A DNA stretch of 61,043 nt, counting the filler, from an uncultured Methanosarcinales archaeon (GTDB taxonomy: Archaea; Nanobdellota; Nanobdellia; Woesearchaeales; CAZPJY01), in assembly GCA_964587045.1 (NCBI GenBank). It is 4 parts of 4 records of this genome, joined end to end, with 100 filler letters (N's around TTAATTAATTAA, not from the genome) between each part and the next. Parts side by side here need not be neighbours in the genome. Positions count along the whole stretch, not along the records: positions 42,131 to 57,903 come from CAZPJY010000034.1; positions 58,004 to 61,043 come from CAZPJY010000049.1; 2 more parts are not named here. One strand, given 5' to 3'. Positions 48,467 through 58,890 of the stretch are shown one piece after another. The notes beneath the pieces were generated by a model that saw nothing but the letters and a program-made list of their open reading frames with translations, was not told the DNA's origin and did not search any database. The first letter of the stretch is position 1; every line of letters begins with the position of its first letter. A program made the position numbers and the translations under genes.

Positions 48467-48903
48467 CATGCATATTCTGCGCCTTCGCAAACGGAGATGA
48501 GGTTGAGCACAGGGAAGGCACCCTGTTCGAACCCATCCACGAGACCGAAAACACGATCAGCTTCCTGTCCATCGACAGACCTGCTCAGGAGTTCGGGCAC
48601 ATCCTGATCATACCCAAGGAGCACTACCAGTACCTTGAGGAACTGCCATCTCATGTGCTGAGGGAGATGATCGATCACGTCGCGCTTGCGTGCAGGGTTA
48701 CCCGGAGGTACCATGAGGCATGCAACGTGCTGCTGAACAACGGGCCTGAGGCGGGGCAGTGCGTCTTACACACCCATTTCCATATCGTGCCCCGCGACCC
48801 AAAGGACGGCATCAAGGTCGAGCTGTGGAACCACAACCACTACACCAAGGAGGGCTTCCACACCCTCACCCAGCTGATGCAGAAGGAATTCGACAAGTCT
48901 TAA
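48463..48903 (+). CDS. HIT family hydrolase
   Basis: CIFC, GHILIIPKEH, AGQ.V.HTHFHIVPR. Confidence 0.93.
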   Translation: MTCIFCAFANGDEVEHREGTLFEPIHETENTISFLSIDRPAQEFGHILIIPKEHYQYLEELPSHVLREMIDHVALACRVTRRYHEACNVLLNNGPEAGQCVLHTHFHIVPRDPKDGIKVELWNHNHYTKEGFHTLTQLMQKEFDKS

Positions 48904-48928
48904 ATATCTCCTGCTATAAGACCGCCCG

Positions 48929-49696
48929 ATGAGACGAATCGTGCCCTTAATCATGGCTGCGGTTATGGGATGCTCCTCCTACCACTACATGAGGACCGAC
49001 GACCTGGTCTCCAACCCCGACTACACCAAAGCATACGTAGCAGAGATCCCAGAGGAACAGGGGGTCCTCCGCATGAGGGAGTTCGCCCAGAACACCCCTG
49101 TCGAGGAGTCTTATGTTTACACGGGCGGCAGGTTCTACGAGGTCGGGAGCATGTGCTACGCATCCGACGACGTAGGCGGATTCCCAGGCATGGTCATCTT
49201 GCTTGATGAGGGCAGGATCAAGGAGCTGATAAGGAAAAACGATGACATGACACTCTACCACTTCCACAACACCATGAACGAAGCGGTTCGGATGTCATTC
49301 CGCATGCTCGAGCTCGAGACCGGAACCCCACTGACTCCTTTTGATATGGCAGTGCTGCTCCGCGCACACCTGCGCGACGTCCCATACCCTTCCAGCGTGG
49401 ATCTCAAGAACATGGTTGCCCTGAGCAACGAGTTCTACAAGGAGCACCCCGAGGGCAGGATAACCTTCAAGGTTGTCTCCTACATGGGGGTGGTGGAGTA
49501 CAGGCTCAACGAGGAGGGCAGGAGGCTGTACGACTCGATAGACGACGTCACTGACGACAAGATGCTCGAGTGGACAGGGCTCACCGGGCTGGCCCAGAAG
49601 AGTTTCCCCCAATCGTTCCTGGGAGGCTTCAGGTTCTACCAGGCAGCGCTCCGGGTCGGAGATGGGATAGAAGTCAGCTTCTCGCCGTTCGACTAG
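48929..49696 (+). CDS. Hypothetical lipoprotein
   Basis: Signal ending VMGC; YHFH...PS..D motif. Confidence 0.6.
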   Translation: MRRIVPLIMAAVMGCSSYHYMRTDDLVSNPDYTKAYVAEIPEEQGVLRMREFAQNTPVEESYVYTGGRFYEVGSMCYASDDVGGFPGMVILLDEGRIKELIRKNDDMTLYHFHNTMNEAVRMSFRMLELETGTPLTPFDMAVLLRAHLRDVPYPSSVDLKNMVALSNEFYKEHPEGRITFKVVSYMGVVEYRLNEEGRRLYDSIDDVTDDKMLEWTGLTGLAQKSFPQSFLGGFRFYQAALRVGDGIEVSFSPFD

Positions 49697-50403
49697 TCTG
49701 TATTGGTGATCGTGCCGGTTCCGGAGATGCTCTGGTGGACTGATTCTGGGCTGCCCTTGTACCTTACGCGGCCTGAGCCGGCGATCTCGATGTCAAGTGA
49801 GTCCTGCGCAGAAACGTCGATGTTGCCGGAGCCGGCAAGCAGCACCTTGGCGTTGTTTGCGACCAGATCCATCGCCCTGATGTCCCCGGAGCCGGAAAGG
49901 GTGACCTCGTGGTCGGAGGCGGTCCCGTTGAGGTGTATCTCACCCGAGCCTATGATGGATGTCGACATGTACCTTGCCCTGACGGGGAGGTCTATCTCTC
50001 CCGATCCGATGATGGAAACCTTGAGCTCGTCCGAAAGTATGGGATTCTGAGCCACCATCTTTCCCGAGCCCGTGAGGGTCAGGGCCTTTACCTCCTCCAT
50101 CGACAGGTATATGTCGATGGGCTTCTGCAGCTTGACGCACTGGTCTGTATCGATCACGAGCACGCCGTCGATGACCCTAGTGCGCAGCACCTTCATAATG
50201 TTGTCCTCAGCATAGATCCTCAAAGACTGCGTGGCCTGCTCGATGTAGATGTTGGCAGATCCCTGGAGCTCGACGGAGTGGAATGTCGGCACGTCCCTGG
50301 CCTCGGATATTATCTGGCCTGAGCCCCTCACGCATGTCCCTTGCGGCAGGTCGCAGGCAACCAGCAGCAGGAGCAGCGCCAAAAGCGCGAAATAATATTT
50401 CAT
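49693..50403 (-). CDS. DUF2807 (head GIN domain) lipoprotein
   Basis: LVAC lipobox; repeated GSG.I beta-solenoid; Y.GSP. Confidence 0.88.
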   Translation of the reverse strand: MKYYFALLALLLLLVACDLPQGTCVRGSGQIISEARDVPTFHSVELQGSANIYIEQATQSLRIYAEDNIMKVLRTRVIDGVLVIDTDQCVKLQKPIDIYLSMEEVKALTLTGSGKMVAQNPILSDELKVSIIGSGEIDLPVRARYMSTSIIGSGEIHLNGTASDHEVTLSGSGDIRAMDLVANNAKVLLAGSGNIDVSAQDSLDIEIAGSGRVRYKGSPESVHQSISGTGTITNTD

Positions 50404-50435
50404 GTTCCACTTATGCGGGTCGGATGTATAAATAG

Positions 50436-51827
50436 TTATCCCTCATAGAAGGCCTTGTAGAGGAGGTAAGCACAGTACAGGTCTGCCTTAGAGATTATCT
50501 CGCATGGGCTGTGCATTCCGAGCAGGCAAGGGCCTACGTCGATGCAGTCCATGCCGAAACGTGAGAGGAACATCGCGATGGTGCCACCCCCACCGATGTC
50601 GACCTTTCCCATCTCCCCGGTCTGCCAGGGGATGCCATTGCGCTCTGCCAGGCCGCGGACGTACGCGAAATACTCCGCGCTCGCGTCATTTGTGTAGGAC
50701 TTGCCCCTGCTACCGCCGTACTTCTCTATGGACACACCCATCCCCATGTATGAGACGTTCTTTGGGTCATGGACTTCCTTGAAGTTGGGGTTGTAGCCGC
50801 TCGTCACGTCAGCCGACAGGGACACCGCGTGGGATAGCAGCGAGTTTGGGTCTGTCTCAAGCCCGGTGAGCCTTCCGTACTCCCTTGCGAAGTTGATGAG
50901 GGCGTAGCTCTGCGCCCCGGTGTCGCCGACTGACCCTATCTCCTCCTTGTCGACGAAGAAAGCCACGGCCGTCTGGGCCGGCTCGGTCAGCTCTAGCAAG
51001 GCCTTAAGGGATGTGAAGACGTTGCTCCTGTCATCGTGGCCGTAGCCTCCGAGCATTGACCTGTCGAATCCGATGTCAATCGGATTCTGCGCAGGGACGA
51101 GCTCCAGCTCAGCAGCCGTGAAATCCTCTTCGATGAGGCCGTAAGCCTCATTGAGGTGCTTTAGGACCATGAACTTGATCTTCTCCTTTATGTCCTTGTC
51201 ATTGACAGGGATGTTTGCGACGACAACGTTTAGCTCTTCCCCTTCCACTACCTTCTCAGCCTTCTTCTGGAGCTGGTCATTTGCGAGGTGCGGAAGCAGG
51301 TCCGGCACCATGAACCTGGGCTCGCCGTCCCTTTCGCCTAGGGACATCACCCTCTTTTCGCCGTCCCGCGTGAAGACCACGCCGTGCAAAGACAGTGGAG
51401 TGTTCACCCACTGGTACTTTTTGATTCCACCATAATAATGGGTCTTGAACAATGCCAACTGGCCTTCCTCAACCAATGGGTTGGGCTTGAGGTCAAGACG
51501 GGGTGAGTCTGTGTGGCTTCCGATGATACGCAGGTGGGTTGCGTCCCTGCCGACGACGAAGGCTATCACTATCTTTTCCTTGATGACTTGGTAAAACCTG
51601 TCACCCGGACCAGCCTCTGTCTTACCGTTCATGTCAGAGAATCCCTGGGCCTCGAGCATGCTCCTGACGCTCTCCACCGCGAGCCGTTCGGTTTTGCTTC
51701 TCGCTAGGAAATCGGCGTACTGCCCAGAGAAAGCGTACACATCACCGCGCTTCTCCCCTGTAAAGGTGTTCCAGGCGCTCTTCTTGTCAAGAAATAGCCT
51801 ATCCCTTAGGTCCTCGTTTTCCCCCAT
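50436..51827 (-). CDS. M18 family aminopeptidase
   Basis: HTDSPRLD, YYGGIKKYQW, GHDD, DKEEIGS, SADV, GGGTI, MHSP.E. Confidence 0.93.
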   Translation of the reverse strand: MGENEDLRDRLFLDKKSAWNTFTGEKRGDVYAFSGQYADFLARSKTERLAVESVRSMLEAQGFSDMNGKTEAGPGDRFYQVIKEKIVIAFVVGRDATHLRIIGSHTDSPRLDLKPNPLVEEGQLALFKTHYYGGIKKYQWVNTPLSLHGVVFTRDGEKRVMSLGERDGEPRFMVPDLLPHLANDQLQKKAEKVVEGEELNVVVANIPVNDKDIKEKIKFMVLKHLNEAYGLIEEDFTAAELELVPAQNPIDIGFDRSMLGGYGHDDRSNVFTSLKALLELTEPAQTAVAFFVDKEEIGSVGDTGAQSYALINFAREYGRLTGLETDPNSLLSHAVSLSADVTSGYNPNFKEVHDPKNVSYMGMGVSIEKYGGSRGKSYTNDASAEYFAYVRGLAERNGIPWQTGEMGKVDIGGGGTIAMFLSRFGMDCIDVGPCLLGMHSPCEIISKADLYCAYLLYKAFYEG

Positions 51828-51907
51828 TGAATCACCCTCAAGACTGAAAAGGATATTGCGTATAAAAAGGTTTCCTAATCGTTAAATACAACGACGCTTT
51901 AAGAGGC

Positions 51908-52888
51908 TTGATGAGAATTCCCAAGAACCTGCTCATACTCATCGGGTCGTTGCTGCTCTGCCTTCTGACATTTGAGGGATTGCTCCATCTCGAACCGGGC
52001 ATCTTCGGACAGGATCTCGAGAACGCCTTCTTGAACGGCTATTCCGCAACGAAGAGAGGTATCTTCACTTACGATCCTCAAACAGGTATCAATTTCATGA
52101 AGCCCAACCAGACTAGGCTCCTTTATTATGATGGCTACACCTGGCTCCATCGGACCGACAGCTACGGATTCCGCAACAGCAAGGAATATTCGACGGCAGA
52201 TATCTTGCTTGTGGGTGACTCGATGGTTTACGGGCATGGCGTGAACAAGACAGTGGCGGAATTCCTTGAAGAGCTCAGCGATTATGATGTCTACAACCTC
52301 GCGAGGGTCGGCGACTCTTCTTTCCAAGAGAGGTACATGCTTGCATCAAGGGGCCTTGAGCTTAAACCGAAGTACATCATCTACTTTTTTTATCTCAACG
52401 ATATAACTGACCTTTCCGACTACCTCACCCCTGAATCCGTGGACTTTTTCATCAACAACCAGAGCGTGGATGACTGGGGCGTTCACAGGGTTGGCTTGAG
52501 CCCGTACGGCCTGGCAGCGTATGTCCACAGGTTCAGTGACAAGAGCAGGTTTGTCACAACTTTTTTTTACATAATGCACAGGTTAATCGTCCCCCCTTAT
52601 GACCCCGAAGAAGTAAATATGGACGACCCAAGATGGGAGTACACCTACAAGGCCATCTCGCAGATGAGCATGATGGCAGAATCAATCAACGCTACCTTCA
52701 TAATCGTGCCCCTGGCATCAGGCGAGCAGCTTTTCATGATTCAGCGGCTCGCGGAGACGAACAACATCACCATATGGGATGACATATACCCCCAGCTGAA
52801 CGATTCGCTGCGTCTGCCAGGGGACGGGCACTTCAATGAGGCCGGGCATAGGCTGCTTGCCCAGCTCATCCTACAGAGGTTGGGGTAG
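51908..52888 (+). CDS. Membrane-anchored SGNH/GDSL-like hydrolase
   Basis: GDSMVYG, ND, DGHFN..GH. Confidence 0.82.
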   Translation: MMRIPKNLLILIGSLLLCLLTFEGLLHLEPGIFGQDLENAFLNGYSATKRGIFTYDPQTGINFMKPNQTRLLYYDGYTWLHRTDSYGFRNSKEYSTADILLVGDSMVYGHGVNKTVAEFLEELSDYDVYNLARVGDSSFQERYMLASRGLELKPKYIIYFFYLNDITDLSDYLTPESVDFFINNQSVDDWGVHRVGLSPYGLAAYVHRFSDKSRFVTTFFYIMHRLIVPPYDPEEVNMDDPRWEYTYKAISQMSMMAESINATFIIVPLASGEQLFMIQRLAETNNITIWDDIYPQLNDSLRLPGDGHFNEAGHRLLAQLILQRLG

Positions 52889-52940
52889 AAAATTATTTAA
52901 ATCACCCACTTATGACAAAGTCTTGTGTGGGGTGCATTAC

Positions 52941-54800
52941 ATGAGACCAGTGATAATATTCATAGTGCTAGTGGTGATAATGCTCGCAGGCTGCGGGGAG
53001 AAAGCGGATCCCCTCGAGCAGAACAAACTTGACAATACCTTCCCAGATGACGCTCAGGATTCCCTGAGCGACATAGTCGAATCTGACATGCCAGAGGTCG
53101 ATTCTGATTATGGAACGGTCAGCTCTGAAGACTCGAACGGCGACGGGGAGGATGACACCTACATTCTCACGTTTGAAAAAGAGGAGGTAGCTCAAGGCCT
53201 TTTCATGGCAAAAGAGGTCAGATACGACCTTGAAGATGAGGAAATGAAAGGAACAATCACCCTTGAGTTCTCTGGAAGTGGAACCTATGATCATGTTGAG
53301 ACTATTCCAAAATCTTTTGCATCCCACGTCGAAGACATTGAATTCTCAGTTGAACCTGATGAAATTATTGAAGAGGATCCAGTCGTGCGTTGGGAGATCA
53401 CCAAGACTGAACAGACGCTTCAGCAAATCAAGATGAACGCGGCGATAGAGGCAGGGGTCCAGGCGTCCGCTGAGGGAGGACGCGCGTTCCTGCAGGGAAG
53501 GAACCCTGCAGAGGTCTTCTCAAACACTCTCCAATCAGTTGCAGTCGGATCCGTCCTGGAACAGATGTCTGACATGTCCTACCTCCACGCTCTCGGACGG
53601 TGCGGAAGGATAAAGACTGAAGGCTTTTCAAATCCAGGAGATGCCTTCAAAGATAACTACAAAAGAGATTTGTGCATCAGGGATCTCATGATAAAATATC
53701 CTGAGAAGTTCACAGAGGATGATTGCAAGAACATTAATCTGATGATTACGTCAATGCAGCTGTCATGTCATGCAATCGCTACCAATCGACCCGATGAATG
53801 CATCTATACAGAGGATGATGTTTCAGATGAGAGAGCAGAGAAGATAGAGCAAGATTGCAGGAAGACCATATTCCTTTCAAGGGCAAACAAGTGCGATCCA
53901 AACGACCAAAAATGCATCAACAATGCAGCACTTTTCTCTAAGTGGGAAGGGTCTTGCGAACTGATAAAGGATGAGGATGACCAAAGGATTTGTCATGGTA
54001 CAGTTTACGAAAATGAGGTTTATTGCAAGGAGATAAGCGACGAGAGCAAGAGGCGAACTTGCTGCGAGAATGCGTGGTATAGCGACGAGAAAATCAACGC
54101 GTGCATAGAAGATGAGGAAGAAGAAGCGCCACTTGAAGAGATTCCTGAAGAGCAAGAGGAGCAGGACGAGTTCAGGATGGGTAGCGGCTGTCCCGTGTCG
54201 CCTCCTGCTGAAGCTAAGAAGGTCGAGGCCTGGTACAATAATTGTCAGCTGCTCAGGTATTCAATGCCTGACTATTCAAGCGTCGGGCCTTACTATATGT
54301 GGTACGACAAGGAGATGACCAAGCCAAAGAGCCTCGAATGCTACAATCTGGAAGGCAAGAGGGAAGGCCCGCAGGTGTACTGGGATGAAGATGGCTTCAA
54401 GACGCACGAGTACACCACCAACTCTGAGGGTGAATTTACAGGCACTAACAGGGTATGGAAGAACCAGCAGCTTGTCGAGGAGTCACACTACACGGATGGC
54501 AAGTGGGATGGCACTGTCAAGTCCTGGAACGATGACGGGATCCTGCTCTCAGTGAAGAATTACGCTATGGGTGAGGAGACCGGTGAGTGGAAACTTTATT
54601 ACTCGACAAACGGTGCCCTGAGCGAGGAGAGGACCTACGACAGCAATGGCCGAATCACTGACAATGTCAAGTATTACTCAGACGGTACCAAGTATTACGA
54701 AAAGCATGGTACGATGAGCGATAAAGGATTCACCGGCTGGACCCTGAATATGGGTTCTGTCTGCCAGTGGGTAGACAATGAGATCACGGAATGCGAGTAG
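52941..54800 (+). CDS. Surface lipoprotein with Cys-rich repeats and C-terminal MORN-variant repeats
   Basis: LAGC lipobox, DSNGDGEDD, C..I......C repeats, G....W...G repeats. Confidence 0.75.
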   Translation: MRPVIIFIVLVVIMLAGCGEKADPLEQNKLDNTFPDDAQDSLSDIVESDMPEVDSDYGTVSSEDSNGDGEDDTYILTFEKEEVAQGLFMAKEVRYDLEDEEMKGTITLEFSGSGTYDHVETIPKSFASHVEDIEFSVEPDEIIEEDPVVRWEITKTEQTLQQIKMNAAIEAGVQASAEGGRAFLQGRNPAEVFSNTLQSVAVGSVLEQMSDMSYLHALGRCGRIKTEGFSNPGDAFKDNYKRDLCIRDLMIKYPEKFTEDDCKNINLMITSMQLSCHAIATNRPDECIYTEDDVSDERAEKIEQDCRKTIFLSRANKCDPNDQKCINNAALFSKWEGSCELIKDEDDQRICHGTVYENEVYCKEISDESKRRTCCENAWYSDEKINACIEDEEEEAPLEEIPEEQEEQDEFRMGSGCPVSPPAEAKKVEAWYNNCQLLRYSMPDYSSVGPYYMWYDKEMTKPKSLECYNLEGKREGPQVYWDEDGFKTHEYTTNSEGEFTGTNRVWKNQQLVEESHYTDGKWDGTVKSWNDDGILLSVKNYAMGEETGEWKLYYSTNGALSEERTYDSNGRITDNVKYYSDGTKYYEKHGTMSDKGFTGWTLNMGSVCQWVDNEITECE

Positions 54801-56825
54801 GTGATGCTGATGAAGCGGATTATACTATTGCTGATGATTTTGCTAGCGGTTGCAGGATGCGCAAAGGACCTGCCACAGACTGAAATAGACATGCCTTCAC
54901 CTTCAGAACCGGGCCAGTCTGATGAACTGCAGATACCTGACCAGATGCCTAACTTCGAGATTGATGAGGGCGTCGTGACCAGCGAGGATACCGACGGCGA
55001 CGGAGTTGACGATAAGGATACCATAACCTTTGAAAGGTACGAGGTCGCTGAAGGCGTGACTTTGCAGAGGTCCATGGAGGTCGTGGAAGGGGAGGGTGCC
55101 ACAATCATCCTCGATTTTGAAGGCTCATCAGACAACTACTCGCACATCGAGACTATCCCTAAAGGCATAGTGGCAGATGTGAGCCAAATCGAGTTCTCCG
55201 TCGAGCCTGATTTCATTGTTAATCCAGACCCATCCGTTGGTTGGTGGAATAACATTACCAAGAGGATTGCAGGCCCTCTGAAACTGAAGATAGGTTTCGA
55301 CGCGTTCATGGGCGGCGAATCAGGAGCGATCGTCTCAGCTATGGAATCCTTCAATGAAATAAAGCTCGTCACGGCCATGGAGCGTTGCAAGCACACAGAA
55401 CTCAGCTCGAAAACCATGGTCGACGGCTTGTGCGTCATGGACGTCATAGGCAAGTACCGTGACAGCTTTGAGGTGGATGACTGCGAAGCTCTTTACATGC
55501 GAAGCGATGGAGGGGCGCTCATGTACGCGTGCAGAGCAGTGATACTGGGGGATATGAGCGAATGCGGCAAAGTGACGGCCTACGAAGAGTTTATCTCATT
55601 AGGTTCAGGATTCTCCTACATGTTGAAATCGTCTAAAGAGGAGAACGAAAAGGACTGTCGCGGTGATGTTATGCTCATGGATGTGGCCAACTGCCTAAGG
55701 CGGGGAATCAGCATTGAGGACAAGGATGCCTGCTTCCACGCTGTTGCGGCCAAGCACAACAATGCAGGCATATGCAAAAAGATCGAAGGACACACAGAGT
55801 ATTGGTACTGCATCACAGAGATCACCCAGGATGATTCCAACTGCGGGGAAATCTTCGAGCAGGAAGACAAGGTGACTTGCTGCACCTTCATCAAGGATGA
55901 AGCGCAGAGATCTAGGTGCATCGATTACTACCAAAACGATACGGAAGAAGACCTTGGCGACTTCACCATCAGCGTGGACCCGTACGACGTCCCCCTGCTC
56001 ACCGGCAAGAAATACAATTTCTCGTTCAACTTTGGAAATGAAGCGAGGTACAGGTACAAGTGGTCAATGGACTCGACCGAGTACACCAGCTACAGGCCGT
56101 TTATCACCAAGCAGTTCTTCCCTGCGGGAGAAGGTTCTTTGAGGGTGACGGCTTTCAATCCTGAAACGAATGCGGATTTGGCTGAGACCGAAATAGAGTT
56201 CGTGGTCGACTATCCCTATTCAGACAGGGACCTTTTGAACATGACAGACAGGTTCTGGTTCGAGGTGTGCTTCAACGCCACCAGGATGTATGAGGGGCAG
56301 ACATCATTTTATCCTTCATATCATTGCATAAGCATGTCCAGCGATTACCTCACCCCCCTGGTATGGCAGGGTAGGACTTTCAACATCCATTTCGAGAAGG
56401 AACCAACAGATAGTTCTCCCTACACAGTCATATACGACTATGAGGGGGCGGTATCAGAGGATGGCAAGACTCTTGTCTACGCGGAAGGCTCACGAAGCAG
56501 TCAGGAGGAGGGAACAACAAAATACATAAAGCATTCAGTCAGGCTGCAGGGCGTCCCGCTTGAGATGACGACTGCTTATCAGCCGACCTTCGACAGGATG
56601 GACCATGCGACTTTCGTCGGGGCAGTCAAGGGCGCTAAGGCCAAGGACTACGTTACGAAGTGGGATTACTACGAGAGGTACCCGCAGCCGCAGGGCAAGC
56701 CTGACCAGGAGATACACCTCGGCGACGTTGAGTGGAACGACCAGACCCTCGTGTTCGTGAGGTTCTGGCAGGACGGCAAGTACATCCAGTTCGACGAGAC
56801 TCCAGAGTACTTCCAGAGGAATTAA
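54801..56825 (+). CDS. Surface lipoprotein paralog with Cys-rich repeats and beta-rich (PKD-like) C-terminus
   Basis: VAGC lipobox, DTDGDGVDD; shares H.ETIPK...IEFSVEPD..DP.V.W with the upstream gene. Confidence 0.75.
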   Translation: MMLMKRIILLLMILLAVAGCAKDLPQTEIDMPSPSEPGQSDELQIPDQMPNFEIDEGVVTSEDTDGDGVDDKDTITFERYEVAEGVTLQRSMEVVEGEGATIILDFEGSSDNYSHIETIPKGIVADVSQIEFSVEPDFIVNPDPSVGWWNNITKRIAGPLKLKIGFDAFMGGESGAIVSAMESFNEIKLVTAMERCKHTELSSKTMVDGLCVMDVIGKYRDSFEVDDCEALYMRSDGGALMYACRAVILGDMSECGKVTAYEEFISLGSGFSYMLKSSKEENEKDCRGDVMLMDVANCLRRGISIEDKDACFHAVAAKHNNAGICKKIEGHTEYWYCITEITQDDSNCGEIFEQEDKVTCCTFIKDEAQRSRCIDYYQNDTEEDLGDFTISVDPYDVPLLTGKKYNFSFNFGNEARYRYKWSMDSTEYTSYRPFITKQFFPAGEGSLRVTAFNPETNADLAETEIEFVVDYPYSDRDLLNMTDRFWFEVCFNATRMYEGQTSFYPSYHCISMSSDYLTPLVWQGRTFNIHFEKEPTDSSPYTVIYDYEGAVSEDGKTLVYAEGSRSSQEEGTTKYIKHSVRLQGVPLEMTTAYQPTFDRMDHATFVGAVKGAKAKDYVTKWDYYERYPQPQGKPDQEIHLGDVEWNDQTLVFVRFWQDGKYIQFDETPEYFQRN

Positions 56826-56834
56826 GGTGATTGC

Positions 56835-57362
56835 ATGACGAAGACAGAAGAGAACCTGAAAGCAGCGTTCGCCGGCGAGAGCCAGGCGAGGAACAAGTAT
56901 GACTATTTCGCGAAAGTGGCGAGGAAGGAGGGCTACCACTACATCGCCAAGATCTTCGAGGAGACAGCCATCAATGAGATGCAGCACGCAAAGGACGAGT
57001 TCAAGCTCCTGGAAGGCATAGGCGACACCAAGGCGAACCTCAAGGCAGCGATGGAAGGCGAACATTATGAGAATTCTGACATGTACCCGACCTTCGCCAA
57101 AGAAGCAGATGCTGAAGGCAACGCGAAGGCAGCCAAGCTGTTCCGCCAGATAGCCAGAGTCGAGGCGCAGCACGAGAGGAGGTACAAGAAGCTGCTCGAG
57201 ATGGTCGAGGATGGCACGGTCTTCAAGAGGGACAAGCCCATTCGGTGGAAGTGCTCCAAGTGCGGCTATATCCACGAGGGAACAGAGCCTCCCTCAAGGT
57301 GTCCGTCCTGCGACCACCCAAAAGAGTATTACGAGCCCGAGAGCATGTCCTTTGATGACTAG
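56835..57362 (+). CDS. rbr: Rubrerythrin
   Basis: AFAGESQA..KY, E..H diiron motifs, WKCSKCGY...CPSC.HP. Confidence 0.95.
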   Translation: MTKTEENLKAAFAGESQARNKYDYFAKVARKEGYHYIAKIFEETAINEMQHAKDEFKLLEGIGDTKANLKAAMEGEHYENSDMYPTFAKEADAEGNAKAAKLFRQIARVEAQHERRYKKLLEMVEDGTVFKRDKPIRWKCSKCGYIHEGTEPPSRCPSCDHPKEYYEPESMSFDD

Positions 57363-57903
57363 ATCAGGTCGATTGTGGCAGTTCTTCCGTCGGATCTAAC
57401 TCTTACCCTTGCGCCCGATTTAGCCAATAGTAGGGTACGCCCAATCACTGCGATGTCATAGTGCTGAGCCGCCCTGAAAAGGTTGTGGCTGAGGAAAGCT
57501 GCACCTGCATAAGCAATCCAGACTTTCGCGTTCGGGAACTGGAGGTCGATGCCTCTTCCTTTGTAGAAGTGGATGTTCTGCTGAAAAAGGCAGGTTTCCT
57601 GCCTGCTTGATTTCGAATTTAATCTATTAATCGCCTTGTCAAGAGATTGCGCAATAGATTTTACCATGAGATTGTGCGAAAGAGATCTTCCAAACGGCCA
57701 GTACGGATTATTGATCAGCTCTTCTGCGTATGGCTTTTCAAGCTAGGAAAGGTTGAGCGCTTCCATTATGCTGCCAACCAGTTTATCAGGTGGCTGACTG
57801 ATGCACTCGTTTAGGTCGGGAAGGTAAAAGTTGGTGTTCAGTGCCCTCACAAGGGTAAGCTCGATGCCCTCAGGCGGCGTCAACCCGAAAACTATGTTGG
57901 TGT
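57359..57903 (-). pseudogene. 3' part of a hypothetical gene with one in-frame TAG (57743-57745)
   Basis: The frame is open from the contig end to 57359 apart from a single amber codon. Confidence 0.45.
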
Positions 57904-58003
57904 NNNNNNNNNNNNNNNNNNNNNNNNNNNNNNNNNNNNNNNNNNNNTTAATTAATTAANNNNNNNNNNNNNNNNNNNNNNNNNNNNNNNNNNNNNNNNN
58001 NNN
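57904..58003. other. Artificial contig linker
   Basis: N-run, TTAATTAATTAA, N-run. Confidence 0.98.
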
Positions 58004-58105
58004 TCTGGCTCTATCGATGTCATCACTGCTCATATGTGTCCCTTGGTTCCTCCTGTATATGAGAATACAATTGGATTTATATACCTATGCTTATTCCGCC
58101 ATAGG

Positions 58106-58411
58106 ATGCGCATCCCAAAGAGGTACGGGGAGTCCAAGGAAACCAGATGCCCTTTCTGCGGAAAGCTCGCCACTGCCAAAAACGCCCAGGGCATACCGGT
58201 CTGCGCCCAGCACAAGGCAAAGAGCATGCCTGAGATGAGGTGCTCCTGCGGGGAGTGGCTCGAGCTCAGGACCGGCAGGTTCGGCCCGTACTTCTTCTGC
58301 TTGCACTGCGGCAACATCAACTTCAGGAAAGGGCTGGACATGAATCCATCAGTCCTCGACAGAAAGCCGGTCGAGAGGGTGGTGCGTTCAGACGAGCTGG
58401 ACTTCCTATGA
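58106..58411 (+). CDS. Zinc-ribbon protein
   Basis: CPFC..C..H and CSCG..L.LR.GRFG.YFFC..CG (resembles topoisomerase C4 ribbon). Confidence 0.75.
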   Translation: MRIPKRYGESKETRCPFCGKLATAKNAQGIPVCAQHKAKSMPEMRCSCGEWLELRTGRFGPYFFCLHCGNINFRKGLDMNPSVLDRKPVERVVRSDELDFL

Positions 58412-58858
58412 CGCGTGCTTCTTCACGAGCTTCTCAAGCTTGGGGCGCGAGCGTTCAAGCGCCCTAGAAAAAACATATGGGTCACTGCGGTCGTAGTAGT
58501 CGCGGTACCTCTGGTACTGCCTCATGACCATCAAGTTGGAATACTGCCCTACGGCAAAGCCGGCGAAGCCCATGCCGAACATCCAAAACAGCTCGAGCGG
58601 AAACTGCAGGATAAGGCTGCCGATACCGCAGACCAATGGTACGTACTTGGATTTCTTGCAAAAATCCACCACTGCTGCGCGCCTTCCAAGCAGGCGGTCG
58701 TAGTAGTCGTCAATGATAGCGCGCTTGTAGCGCGGAGACAGGGCATCGGCAGACACCTCGCCCTTGAGGTACTGGACGGTCTGCGTGACCAGGAAAGAAT
58801 CCGGAGAGTGCTTAAGCTGCCTCTTGAAAACCGTTGCGACCATATCCTCGAGACCCAT
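58406..58858 (-). CDS. Hypothetical membrane protein
   Basis: 150 aa with a central hydrophobic hairpin. Confidence 0.6.
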   Translation of the reverse strand: MGLEDMVATVFKRQLKHSPDSFLVTQTVQYLKGEVSADALSPRYKRAIIDDYYDRLLGRRAAVVDFCKKSKYVPLVCGIGSLILQFPLELFWMFGMGFAGFAVGQYSNLMVMRQYQRYRDYYDRSDPYVFSRALERSRPKLEKLVKKHAS

Positions 58859-58890
58859 GTCCGAGCGTCAGAAATGTTAATATTAAAGCC

